Origin: Wolbachia endosymbiont of Drosophila innubila
GTDB taxonomy: Bacteria > Pseudomonadota > Alphaproteobacteria > Rickettsiales > Anaplasmataceae
Assembly: GCF_021378375.1 (NCBI RefSeq)
Contig: NZ_CP076228.1
Span: 240,001-272,000, forward strand
Direction of reading: 5' to 3'
DNA: 32,000 nt
Below are positions 9,331 through 18,337 of the stretch, in pieces; position 1 is the stretch's first letter; every line of letters starts with the position of its first letter. The notes beneath the pieces were generated by a model. The model was given only the letters and a program-made list of their open reading frames with translations. It did not search any database and was not told the DNA's origin. The translations under genes were made by a program, and so were the position numbers.

Positions 9331-10003
9331 TCATGTGCTGCACTGCAGTACACAACAACAATATCGTTCTATTGTAGTGCTAAATGGAAAAATACCGAGC
9401 TCATCGTTTTTTAAACGAGATATACCTATTATTGCTGTAGATGGAGGAGCAAACAAGCTTCTATCAATTGGCGTAAAACCTGATCTTGTAGTAGGAGATT
9501 TGGATAGCGTAAATCTGGATTTACGTGCTAATTTGAATACGATATATCTACCTGATCAAGATTATTGCGACTTTTCTAAAGCAATGGCTCACTTAAAAAC
9601 AGTAAAGTTATTGCCATCAATAGTAACGGGTATTACTGGAGGAGCAATTGATCACATACTACAGAATATTAACATTTTTCTAAGTACGGGCAGTATCTTT
9701 TACACACCTTCACCTCCCATGGTAGGTTACACTTTACAAAAAGGTATTACCCATTTTTTTTCTTTGCCAAAAAATACTAAAATATCTTTACTTGGTATAC
9801 CGAGAGCTCAAATATCAACTAAAGGATTAAAATGGGAACTGCACCTTAGTAATCTTGCTTTTCCGGGAAAAAATTCTTGCTTTAATCGAAGTTTAGGCAA
9901 TAAGGTATCCGTAGAAGTACACAGTGGTATATGTCTAGCAATGATTTATTTAGAGACAGTAGATGATGCTGCAAGACATCATGTGCGTCAAGTTAAGAAG
10001 TAA
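9311..10003 (+). CDS. thiN: Thiamine pyrophosphokinase
   Basis: TPK catalytic-domain motifs IIAVDGGANKL ... VVGDLDS, followed by a thiamine-binding-type C-terminal domain. Overlaps the upstream transporter ORF by 20 nt, consistent with an operon. Confidence 0.85.
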   Translation: MQNLHHDHVLHCSTQQQYRSIVVLNGKIPSSSFFKRDIPIIAVDGGANKLLSIGVKPDLVVGDLDSVNLDLRANLNTIYLPDQDYCDFSKAMAHLKTVKLLPSIVTGITGGAIDHILQNINIFLSTGSIFYTPSPPMVGYTLQKGITHFFSLPKNTKISLLGIPRAQISTKGLKWELHLSNLAFPGKNSCFNRSLGNKVSVEVHSGICLAMIYLETVDDAARHHVRQVKK

Positions 10004-10811
10004 ATAGACTTCTTGCATAACCCAAACTAAGTAGAAAAAGGTATCATCCAAGTAGCTGACACTGGTTCCTTTATGACGTGTCATTCCAATTCCAGCTACT
10101 TGAATGACAGCAGTCCTACGTCATACCGCCGCGGTATCTCTTAGCCGCTAACAAGCAGCGGGATGACGAATTACTTAACCATCATTACACCGTCATACCG
10201 CGATTCATTCGCGGTATCTCTTAACATAGATCCCCTACTATACCTTAACATAGATCCCGCTAACACGTAGCGGGATGACGATTGTCGTTTAGCTATAAAC
10301 ATTAAGAAATTTACCAAATGAAAAAAAAGGCAAAAGAAGCCCTGGGGTTATTATCTGCTTTAAAATATTGGCGTTTTTTATGTTTTAAACGCTTGACAAG
10401 CAAGATTAAGCTGCTTTTAATTGCAACTAACTTACGCTGCAAATGTTTAAGAAGTTTACTAAGCAGAAAAAAAGACAAAGAATCCCCGAGTTAGCTAGTC
10501 TTTTACTATCTCTGTCGAGTATTGGCATTTTTTGATGTCTTGTAACGCTTTATAAGCGCGTTCAGCTTATTTAGATAAAAATCTAGATGTAGATGAAGTT
10601 TTGTAAAGACATACAGTATCTATATACTGCAAAAAATTGAACATGAGACGCCGATACATTAAGTAATCCTTACCTTTTAATCTGCAGATTGGCGAAAGCA
10701 AATACAATAGCTTCAATTTTATGATAAGGGGGCTGGCGGAGTTTGTCAAGCAAGTTTTTTCGTTTCTACTGAATGACAGTTGTGGCTTGGGAGGTAGTGC
10801 AAGAAGTCTAT
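10004..10811. repeat. Composite 808-bp non-coding repeat element (copy A), bounded by 14-bp perfect terminal inverted repeats and packed with nested palindromic elements
   Basis: ATAGACTTCTTGCA at 10004-10017 and its exact reverse complement at 10798-10811. Interior carries 'cgtcat..atgacg' double-hairpin units (10119-10168, 10191-10280), a 'ccagctact/agtagctg' unit (10044-10110) and an internal partial duplication (about 10325-10400 vs about 10470-10570). Large parts recur inverted at 14291-14740. Confidence 0.85.
10721..10749 (-). promoter_or_regulatory. Repeat-borne sigma70-type promoter (TTGACA-17 nt-TATCAT), firing leftward
   Basis: On the minus strand: TTGACA (10749-10744), a 17-nt spacer, then TATCAT (10726-10721). 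The identical module is in copy B. Confidence 0.55.
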
Positions 10812-10935
10812 TGTATTACTGAATTATTAATAATCTAGTAATAGTGCCTGCTATGTAGCTAAAATTTTCCTTTAACTTAAGCTATATGTAGCTAAAATAA
10901 CTTGGGTTTACCGACGATTTGACAAACGACAAATT

Positions 10936-10986
10936 CGTCATCCCGCTACTTGTTAGCGGGATCTAGAGATATCGCAGCGGTATGAC
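10936..10986 (+). repeat. Double-hairpin palindromic element (Wolbachia/Rickettsia palindromic-element-like)
   Basis: cgtcatcccgctacttgttagcgggatctagagatatcgcagcggtatgac. Two stem-loops (atcccgcta/tagcgggat and atatcgc/gcggtat) are enclosed by cgtcat/atgac. Lies 38 bp upstream of the mcd ATG. Confidence 0.85.
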
Positions 10987-11023
10987 CCTGACTTGCATTA
11001 GCTATGTATAATAAAGGGAATCT

Positions 11024-12418
11024 ATGACAAAAGAATCATTGGTAAAAACTGATATAGTGAAAATTGAAGACAAAAAGGCGGTAAGAAGCTTTTTTAAAAT
11101 ACTAGGTGGAGTGGCAGATGCTGTAAGATCGTGGATTGGTAACATCAGTCCTGATTTAAGCAACAGTCGCGATATCGATAGTTTAGTCTTGAAGATGAAC
11201 GAGTGCTTAAATCCAAAGGGAGGGGAGGTTTCAGCACGTAAAAACGCTGTATCTCTTGGTAACTTGTACTTAAGCTTATCAGAGAAAGGTAAAATAAAAT
11301 TTCTACAAACCCTGGCAGAAAAATTTAATCCGAATAAAGCGGAAATAGATGAGAAAATTAGAGAGTATAAGAAAAACCAAGATCCCGAGTTAAACTATAA
11401 ATTTGAACAGGATTTAATAAAAATTCTTGAATCACCGCGTTCTAAAATATTGAAGCAATTTATTTCTTTACCAGAAGGCCTTAAGTTTATTGTTGATATG
11501 CGTTCTGACGTGCTTAAGCTAAAGAACCAATATAGAAGCTTGAATCCACTAGAAAGCGAATTAAAAAATATACTCTATACTTGGGTTGATGTTGATCTAC
11601 TTGATCTTCGTCAAATCACCTGGGATTCACCTGCATCATTGCTAGAAAAACTTATAAAATATGAAGCTGTGCATAAAATTTCCTCTTGGGATGACTTAAA
11701 AAACAGGCTGGGTCTCTGTTTTGCTTTTTTTCATTACAAGATACCAAACGAACCTCTAATTTTTGTAGAGGTTGCATTGGTGGATAAGATTGCAGATAGT
11801 ATTCAACACCTTTTAGATGAGTCAGTACCTTCAAATGATCCGAGTAATGCAAGCACTGCTATATTCTATTCAATATCAAACACTCAAGCAGGGTTATCTG
11901 GAATCAGCCTTGGTAATTTTTTGATCAAAAGGGTTGTAGAAAAGCTATCACAGGAGTTTAAAAGTATAAAAACATATGCAACTCTTTCTCCAATACCTGG
12001 CTTTACGAAATGGCTAAAAAACAATCTAAACCAAGATGTCACTTTATTGGGCAAACTAAATATAAAACAATCTAGTACAGAAATTTTAGAAAGTGCAGAG
12101 CAATTAAAAATTAACGTTGAATGTATAAATGAAACTAAACAATGCATGCTTAAACTATGTGCATATTATTTACTAAAAGTGAATAATAGTAATGGGAATG
12201 CTTATGATCCGGTGGCGCATTTTCATTTAAGCAATGGTGCATCGATAAAACAATTAAACTGGATGGCGGATACTTCTGAAAAAGGTATTGGTCAGTCGGC
12301 TGGAATGATGGTAAATTATCTGTATGAGTTGCCTAAAATAGATAATAATCATGAAAACTATATGGTTAATAAAGTGATTTCCTGCTCGAAAAAAGTGTCG
12401 TCTATGTTGAAGGAGTAA
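11024..12418 (+). CDS. Malonyl-CoA decarboxylase family protein
   Basis: 464 aa. The C-terminal catalytic region has conserved MCD blocks (FFHYKIPNEPLIFVEVAL, IFYSISNTQAGLSGISLGNFLIKRVV, ATLSPIPGF..WL, HF.L.NGA). Confidence 0.85.
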   Translation: MTKESLVKTDIVKIEDKKAVRSFFKILGGVADAVRSWIGNISPDLSNSRDIDSLVLKMNECLNPKGGEVSARKNAVSLGNLYLSLSEKGKIKFLQTLAEKFNPNKAEIDEKIREYKKNQDPELNYKFEQDLIKILESPRSKILKQFISLPEGLKFIVDMRSDVLKLKNQYRSLNPLESELKNILYTWVDVDLLDLRQITWDSPASLLEKLIKYEAVHKISSWDDLKNRLGLCFAFFHYKIPNEPLIFVEVALVDKIADSIQHLLDESVPSNDPSNASTAIFYSISNTQAGLSGISLGNFLIKRVVEKLSQEFKSIKTYATLSPIPGFTKWLKNNLNQDVTLLGKLNIKQSSTEILESAEQLKINVECINETKQCMLKLCAYYLLKVNNSNGNAYDPVAHFHLSNGASIKQLNWMADTSEKGIGQSAGMMVNYLYELPKIDNNHENYMVNKVISCSKKVSSMLKE

Positions 12419-12493
12419 ATAGTCTCTTAATAAAGGATTGCCCTCACAACACTTAAAATGTAAAATGGTTCTACTTAAGTAAAATAGCCATAA

Positions 12494-14290
12494 ATGAACA
12501 ACATAAGAAATTTTGCAATAATAGCGCATATAGACCACGGTAAGTCAACGCTTGCTGACCGTTTAATAGAGGAATGTAACGGCCTTGAAGCAAGAGAAAT
12601 GATCAATCAAATACTCGATTCAATGGATATAGAACGCGAACGTGGGATTACAATTAAGGCACAGACGGTAAAACTCAATTATACGGCAAACGACGGTAAT
12701 CAATATTGCCTAAATCTCATGGACACCCCAGGTCACGTTGACTTTTCTTACGAGGTAAGCCGAAGCTTAGCCGCATGTGAAGGTTCACTTTTAGTGGTAG
12801 ATAGTAGCCAGGGCGTTGAAGCACAAACCCTTGCAAATGTATATAAAGCTATTGACAACAACCATGAAATAATAGTTGTGCTCAATAAAGTTGATCTTCC
12901 TGCTGCAGATCCAGAAAAGGTAAAACTCCAGGTTGAGGAAGTAATTGGCATTGACGCAAGTGAGTCAGTTTTAATATCAGCAAAAACTGGACTTGGAATA
13001 AAAGATGTACTGGAAGCAATAGTAGCAAAACTTCCAGCTCCTCAAGGTGATGTAAATGCTCCACTGCAAGCAATTTTGGTTGATAGTTGGTATGACACTT
13101 ACTTAGGAGTAGTAATTTTAGTGCGAGTTAAAAATGGAGTGCTAAAAAAAGGCATGAGAATTGTTATGATGTCTAATAATGCTACATATCAGATAGATAA
13201 TATCGGTATTTTCACCCCTAAAAAAGTGATGACGGGTGAACTTTCAGCGGGTGAAGTTGGTTTTATAACTGCTTCAATGAAGGAAGTAGCAGACTGCAAG
13301 GTAGGAGACACTATCACTGAGGAAAAGAGACCTTGTAGTGAAGCACTTCCTGGATTTAAAGAAGTGCATCCTGTGGTATTTTGTAGCATTTTCCCTCACA
13401 AAACGGATGATTTTAAATATCTAAGGGAAGCTCTAGAGAAGTTACATTTAAATGATGCAAGTTTTACCTTCGAAGCTGAAACTTCAAATGCACTAGGCTA
13501 TGGATTTCGTTGTGGTTTTTTGGGAATGTTGCATCTTGAAGTTATTCAAGAAAGACTCGAGAGAGAGTTTGATTTAGATCTAACAGCAACTGCACCGAGT
13601 GTTATATATAGGGTTACAACACGAAGTGGTGAAGTTTTGAATATTCATAACCCAAGTGATATGCCAGATCCAACGAAAATTGAAATTGTGGAAGAACCGT
13701 GGATTACCGCAACCATAATGGTTCCTGATCAATACTTAGGTGATATTCTATCTCTATGTGAAGAAAGGAGGGGAGAACAGGAGGATTTATCTTACATTGG
13801 TAACACAACAACAGCATTGTTAAGATATAAATTACCACTGTCTGAAGTTGTTTTTGACTTTTATGATCGATTAAAATCAATTTCCAAAGGATATGCAAGT
13901 TTGGATTGGGAAATTTCCAGCTATCTGGTAAGCCAAATAGATAAATTAAGCTTTTTAATTAATGGAGAGCCCGTAGATGCACTGGCTTGTATCGTTCACA
14001 AAAGTAGGGTAGAAAAAAGGGGGCGTGAAATATGTGCACGCTTGAAGGATTTAATACCACGTCAGCAATATAAAATCGCGATTCAAGCGGCAGTGGGCGG
14101 AAAAATTATTGCCAGAGAAACGATTAACCCATACAGAAAAGATGTAACAGCTAAACTCTATGGTGGAGATGTAACGCGAAGAATGAAACTACTTGAAAAG
14201 CAAAAGAAGGGTAAAAAAAGGTTACATTCTATAGGGAACGTAAATATTCCACAGAATGCTTTTATTCAAGCCTTGAAGATAAGTGATTGA
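12494..14290 (+). CDS. lepA: Elongation factor 4 (translational GTPase LepA)
   Basis: 598 aa, full-length match: [34 protein letters not shown], and the LepA-specific C-terminal domain. Confidence 0.97.
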   Translation: MNNIRNFAIIAHIDHGKSTLADRLIEECNGLEAREMINQILDSMDIERERGITIKAQTVKLNYTANDGNQYCLNLMDTPGHVDFSYEVSRSLAACEGSLLVVDSSQGVEAQTLANVYKAIDNNHEIIVVLNKVDLPAADPEKVKLQVEEVIGIDASESVLISAKTGLGIKDVLEAIVAKLPAPQGDVNAPLQAILVDSWYDTYLGVVILVRVKNGVLKKGMRIVMMSNNATYQIDNIGIFTPKKVMTGELSAGEVGFITASMKEVADCKVGDTITEEKRPCSEALPGFKEVHPVVFCSIFPHKTDDFKYLREALEKLHLNDASFTFEAETSNALGYGFRCGFLGMLHLEVIQERLEREFDLDLTATAPSVIYRVTTRSGEVLNIHNPSDMPDPTKIEIVEEPWITATIMVPDQYLGDILSLCEERRGEQEDLSYIGNTTTALLRYKLPLSEVVFDFYDRLKSISKGYASLDWEISSYLVSQIDKLSFLINGEPVDALACIVHKSRVEKRGREICARLKDLIPRQQYKIAIQAAVGGKIIARETINPYRKDVTAKLYGGDVTRRMKLLEKQKKGKKRLHSIGNVNIPQNAFIQALKISD

Positions 14291-14740
14291 TCTTAAAAGA
14301 CTTCTTGTATAGTTTTTGGCAACAACCGTTAGAAACGAAAAAACTTACTTGACAAACTCCGCCAGCCCCCTTATCATGAAACTGAAGCTATTTATTTATC
14401 TTCTCTGTACAGATTAAATGACAAAAAAACTCACGTATCTGGCGTCTCATGTTTAATTTTTTGCACTATGTGCACCTTATGTCTTTATAAAACTTCTACC
14501 TACATAAGCTGAAACGCGCTTATAAAGCGTTTAAAACATAAAAAAACGCCAACTTAAAAAATGGATAGTGAATAACTAGCTACCCTAGGGTTTCTTTTGC
14601 CTTTTTTTTATTTGGTAAATTTCTTAATGTTTATGGCTAAACGACAACCGTCATCCCGCTACTTGTTAGCGGCTGAGATACCGCGGCGGTATGACGTAGG
14701 ACTGCTGTCATCCCAGTGCTTGACACTGGGATCCAGTTGA
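14291..14740. repeat. Composite repeat element (copy B), inverted relative to copy A
   Basis: The reverse complement of 14331-14390, 14480-14560 and 14590-14734 aligns with 10709-10770, 10540-10660 and 10100-10330 of copy A. It includes the double-hairpin unit 14649-14696 and the palindrome gtcatcccagtgcttgacactgggatcc (14707-14734). Confidence 0.85.
14349..14377 (+). promoter_or_regulatory. Repeat-borne sigma70-type promoter (TTGACA-17 nt-TATCAT), firing rightward
   Basis: TTGACA at 14349-14354, a 17-nt spacer, TATCAT at 14372-14377. Same module as in copy A, in the opposite orientation. Confidence 0.55.
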
Positions 14741-14988
14741 GCTATTTCAACAAAAATACTGCATTTGAGATGAACGTTCCAGACTTATTTATAAATATAA
14801 CAATTAAAGTCTGGATTCCAGCGTCAAGCACTGGAATAATATCGTTTACTATGTCTATATTACAATATTTGTGCAGTTGTGTGTCAACTACTTTTGTGGC
14901 ACCGTTTGTTATTCAATCTTTATGCTAGTTTTACTAAAAATTATAGTATTTTAGGTATAATTGCAATATCTAAATTTAAGGTATAGAG

Positions 14989-15363
14989 ATGAACCCTAGG
15001 AAAGTTTTTAATATTCTTTTTATAGTATTATTTATTTCTTTTTCTCATGTTGGGAGTGCTGCCGCTGACACTAATACTGATACAACTGCTCAAGTAATAT
15101 GTAACATTATTGGCTACGTTTGGGGAATAGGCGGACCGCTTATGACCGTAGTGATAATAGGTGCAGCTTTGCTTGCGATATTTGGTAGAATGCCATGGCC
15201 AGCTCTTTTTGCACTCGGTATATTTTGTGCTGTATTTTTCGGTGCTAAAACTATCGTCATAAAAGTAATGGGTGGTATAGGCGGCACTGGAAATACTTCT
15301 TTGATGGACCAATGCGGAACAGGAGACACAAAAAAGAACTATTTTTTTCTAAAACAGACCTGA
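14989..15363 (+). CDS. virB2: TrbC/VirB2-family type IV secretion pilin-like protein
   Basis: 124 aa: signal peptide (..SHVGSAAAD) followed by two hydrophobic helices separated by a short loop ([38 protein letters not shown]). This is the Rickettsiales VirB2 paralog pattern. No other vir genes are adjacent. Confidence 0.72.
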   Translation: MNPRKVFNILFIVLFISFSHVGSAAADTNTDTTAQVICNIIGYVWGIGGPLMTVVIIGAALLAIFGRMPWPALFALGIFCAVFFGAKTIVIKVMGGIGGTGNTSLMDQCGTGDTKKNYFFLKQT

Positions 15364-16337
15364 TGCACGGCTTCAACTATATCTTCCACTTGCGGTAATG
15401 CTTTTTTTTCTAGATTTGCAGCGTAAGGTAAGGGGATGTCCTTGCCAGTTACACGTACAACTGGAGCATCAAGGTAGTCAAATCCTTGTTCCATAACAAC
15501 GGCTGACAGCTCTGCTCCTATTCCTGCAAATGGCCATCCTTCTTCTACACTAACTAACCTATTAGTCTTCTGAATAGAGTTAATAACAGTTTGAGTGTCA
15601 AGTGGTCTTAAGGTTCTGAGGTCAATAACTTCAGCTTCTATACCTTTACTCGAAAGTAAATCTGCTGCATTTAAGGCATCCATTAATTTTAATGAAAAAG
15701 CAGTGATAGTTACATCCTTTCCTTCCCGTATAACAGCAGCTTTGCCTATCTCAAGTAGATAATCTTTGTTTGATAGCTCAGAGTCAGAAACTTCATGCTC
15801 ATGTCCATAAGCTATTTCGTTTTCTAGAAATATTACCGGATTAGGGTCACGAATTGCAGCTTTAAGCAGACCTCTGCAATCTGAGGCAAAATAGGGTGCT
15901 ATTACTTTTAACCCCGGTATATGCGAATACCAAGCTGCAAAGCATTGAGAATGTTGTGCAGCAACTCTTGCTGCAGCGCCATTTGGTCCACGAAATACTA
16001 TAGGGCATCCAAGTTGTCCGCCTGACATATAATTTGTTTTTGCTGCGGAATTCACAATTTGGTCAATAGCTTGCATAGAAAAATTAAAAGTCATAAACTC
16101 GACTATTGGCTTTAATCCAGCAAATGCCGCTCCAACAGCAAGGCCAGCAAATCCATGTTCGGTAATAGGCGTATCAACTACTCTGTTTTCTCCAAACTCT
16201 TTCAGTAATCCTTTCGTTACTTTATAAGCACCATCATACTCTGCAACTTCTTCACCCATGATAAGCACATCAGAGTCGTTTTGCATTTCTTCTCTAATTG
16301 CTGTGCATAAAGCTTCTCTTACACTTAAGGTTGCCAT
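15339..16337 (-). CDS. pdhB: Pyruvate dehydrogenase E1 component, beta subunit
   Basis: 332 aa, full-length match (REAL..A..EEM..D..V...GEEV..Y.GAYKVT.GL...FG..RV.DTPI.E.GF.G...GAA..GL+P). Confidence 0.96.
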   Translation of the reverse strand: MATLSVREALCTAIREEMQNDSDVLIMGEEVAEYDGAYKVTKGLLKEFGENRVVDTPITEHGFAGLAVGAAFAGLKPIVEFMTFNFSMQAIDQIVNSAAKTNYMSGGQLGCPIVFRGPNGAAARVAAQHSQCFAAWYSHIPGLKVIAPYFASDCRGLLKAAIRDPNPVIFLENEIAYGHEHEVSDSELSNKDYLLEIGKAAVIREGKDVTITAFSLKLMDALNAADLLSSKGIEAEVIDLRTLRPLDTQTVINSIQKTNRLVSVEEGWPFAGIGAELSAVVMEQGFDYLDAPVVRVTGKDIPLPYAANLEKKALPQVEDIVEAVHQVCFRKK

Positions 16338-16884
16338 TTATAAACTTTTATAGACTTTAACTAAAGTAACTATATCAGAATTACTGGGGGTAAGTAAAGT
16401 GTACAAATTAAGTTTTACAAACATCATGACCAACTCATTCCAAAAAAAAATCTTCTCACGCTTGCTGGTTTTGGTTGCTAAAAATGATTGTATTGCTTGT
16501 GTTTTTAATAATATATACTGCTAAGTTAATAATAATTCACTTGGGAATAACAGAAAAATACATGATAATTTTATATTTCAAATAGAATAAAATCCTTTTT
16601 ATTGATACTGTCTTTTTTTGTAAAAAACATTCCTAACTTTTCCACCACTTTTTCTGGCTAAGGTCAGTATAACTTTTGCTTGAAATAACTGTTTATATGG
16701 TGCAATTTACAGCTTTTAGTTGCTAAAATTATAACTCTTAATTTAATAATTTTAATCCAATAAGCTTTCAGGTTAATAAAATTAAATTATTTGAGTAAAT
16801 GCAATACCATGTCTTTATTTGTGGGTAATAATAAGAATAACGAAGGTTGGCTCAGCTACACTTCTATAATTTCAATTTTTATGT

Positions 16885-17985
16885 TTACCGTGTAAAAGAA
16901 GTTTCTTCTATCTGTGTCTTCGCGTTTGAAACTAACTTTATTCTATCTCTTTCTTGTTCTGGACTTAACCTGTGAAGCGCGTAACTGAAATCTTCCTCAC
17001 TCACTATAAGCCGTCTTTGCGCACCAGCGCTAATTTTTGCTTCATTCACTAATTGCTCTAACTCAGCCCCAGAATAGCCTTCAGTCTTGTCTGCAATGTC
17101 TTGGAGGCTTAGCTTTTCATCAGTTTTTGTACCTCGCATATAAAGTGCCAATATCTTTTGTCTCACCTCTATGTTTGGATTAGGGACATAAACCTTCTGA
17201 CCTAAACGTCCAGGTCTAATAAGTGCTGGATCTATACCACCGATAAGGTTAGTTGCACCAATTACTATTATATCTTTTCTGCTCTTAAATCCATCTATTT
17301 CAGTTAACAACTGTGTTAAACTCTCTCGACAATGGTAAGCTGAGTTATTAGCGGTACTTCTTTTTTGTGCAACTGCATCTATTTCATCTATAAAGACTAT
17401 ACAAGGAGAATATTTTTTTGCTATTTTAAAAAGCTCGCGTACAGCATGTGCACCATGACCAATATATACTCCAATAAGTTCAGGACCTGAGATGCTTATG
17501 AAATTCATATTTGATTCACCTGCAATTGCACGAGCGATAAGTGTTTTACCATTTCCAGGAGGGCCATATAATATGTAACCTCTTAGTGAATTAATACTTT
17601 TATTTCCAAACAGCTTGCGCATTTCTTCTGTCATTTGGTCACAGCAAATCATCTGCAACCGTTGTTTTAAGGAGTCATCAATTATAGCATCAGCAAATGT
17701 TATTCTTTTATCATCTGAATTAGCTAATTCTATCGATATAGGCAGCTCTACTTCCTTTAGTTTGCTGAATACTTGATCATATACAAACCAAACAATAAAA
17801 AGGAGAACGACAAGTAACACACAAGGCATAGCTTCACTAGCATAATGTGCAGCTAACTCATACCCTTTACTAAGCAACATTGTATGCATATAGGCAAACA
17901 AAAAAACGATAGAGACAATAGTTGCCACGCATAGTAAACAGATTGAAATTCTTTTTAGTAATTCTGAAATTTCAATTTTTTTCAT
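16885..17985 (-). CDS. Membrane-anchored classical-clade AAA+ ATPase (no protease domain)
   Basis: Two N-terminal TM helices, then an AAA module: Walker A GPPGNGKT, Walker B CIVFIDEIDAV, sensor-1 GATN, second region of homology ALIRPGRLG. Only 366 aa, so there is no FtsH M41 domain. Confidence 0.85.
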   Translation of the reverse strand: MKKIEISELLKRISICLLCVATIVSIVFLFAYMHTMLLSKGYELAAHYASEAMPCVLLVVLLFIVWFVYDQVFSKLKEVELPISIELANSDDKRITFADAIIDDSLKQRLQMICCDQMTEEMRKLFGNKSINSLRGYILYGPPGNGKTLIARAIAGESNMNFISISGPELIGVYIGHGAHAVRELFKIAKKYSPCIVFIDEIDAVAQKRSTANNSAYHCRESLTQLLTEIDGFKSRKDIIVIGATNLIGGIDPALIRPGRLGQKVYVPNPNIEVRQKILALYMRGTKTDEKLSLQDIADKTEGYSGAELEQLVNEAKISAGAQRRLIVSEEDFSYALHRLSPEQERDRIKLVSNAKTQIEETSFTR

Positions 17986-18173
17986 CTTAATACCTTATAC
18001 CAACTTTAAACTAAGAATAATTTTATCTAGCTTACCTATTTTAGCTTGATTAGAGCGTTCAGAAAAATTATCAAGTACGTACTTTATTAAATACTAAAAA
18101 CAATATATCACCATATTGTCACACACATCTTTAAAGTTTACCAAATTCATTTTCAAAAAACAAGATTTTATTA

Positions 18174-18337
18174 TTAACCCGAATTCTGGATTAGATTTTA
18201 GGTAAATTATTGAAAGTCTTGAATTTTACTAAATTAGTAACTAGTCTTAAAATGCTTACTGCTTTATCGTAAATGCTAAAACAATAAGCTATTGATATTC
18301 TTGTTTTTTTTAATCTCCAATCCAGAATTCGGGTTAA
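18174..18337. repeat. 164-bp MITE-like / long-hairpin element
   Basis: ttaacccgaattctggatt at 18174-18192 and its perfect reverse complement at 18319-18337 (19 bp, extended imperfectly by 5-7 nt) enclose about 120 bp of AT-rich sequence in a 645-bp intergenic region. Confidence 0.5.

Noticed and set aside
10040-10290. The cluster of short palindromic repeats was considered as a possible CRISPR array.
   Set aside because: The units are of different families, orientations and lengths. They are nested rather than regularly spaced by unique spacers, and no cas genes are present. They fit palindromic-element (RPE/WPE-like) biology instead.
10393-10427. Second promoter-like string TTGACA-17-TTTAAT on the plus strand of copy A.
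   Set aside because: The -10 is weak, the module is not conserved in copy B, and AT-rich DNA generates such matches by chance.
10567-10749. 60-aa minus-strand ORF inside repeat copy A.
   Set aside because: Its first codons coincide with the -35/-10 promoter module, so it could not be transcribed from that promoter. The corresponding region of copy B is interrupted, so it is not conserved as coding.
14716-14928. 70-aa ORF between repeat copy B and virB2.
   Set aside because: It starts inside the palindromic element (14707-14734) and runs across another palindrome (attccagcgtcaagcactggaat, 14815-14837). There is no RBS and no family resemblance, so it is most likely non-coding repeat DNA.
14931-14961. 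TATAAT at 14956-14961 upstream of virB2, considered as a promoter.
   Set aside because: The best -35 candidate (ttacta, 14931-14936) leaves a 19-nt spacer. This is plausible but not distinguishable from background in about 30% GC sequence.
16338-16884. Long AT-rich intergenic region scanned for tRNA, sRNA or a degraded gene.
   Set aside because: I found no cloverleaf-compatible GTTCGAATC-type T-arm, no conserved structured motif and no ORF above noise. No feature can be supported by eye.
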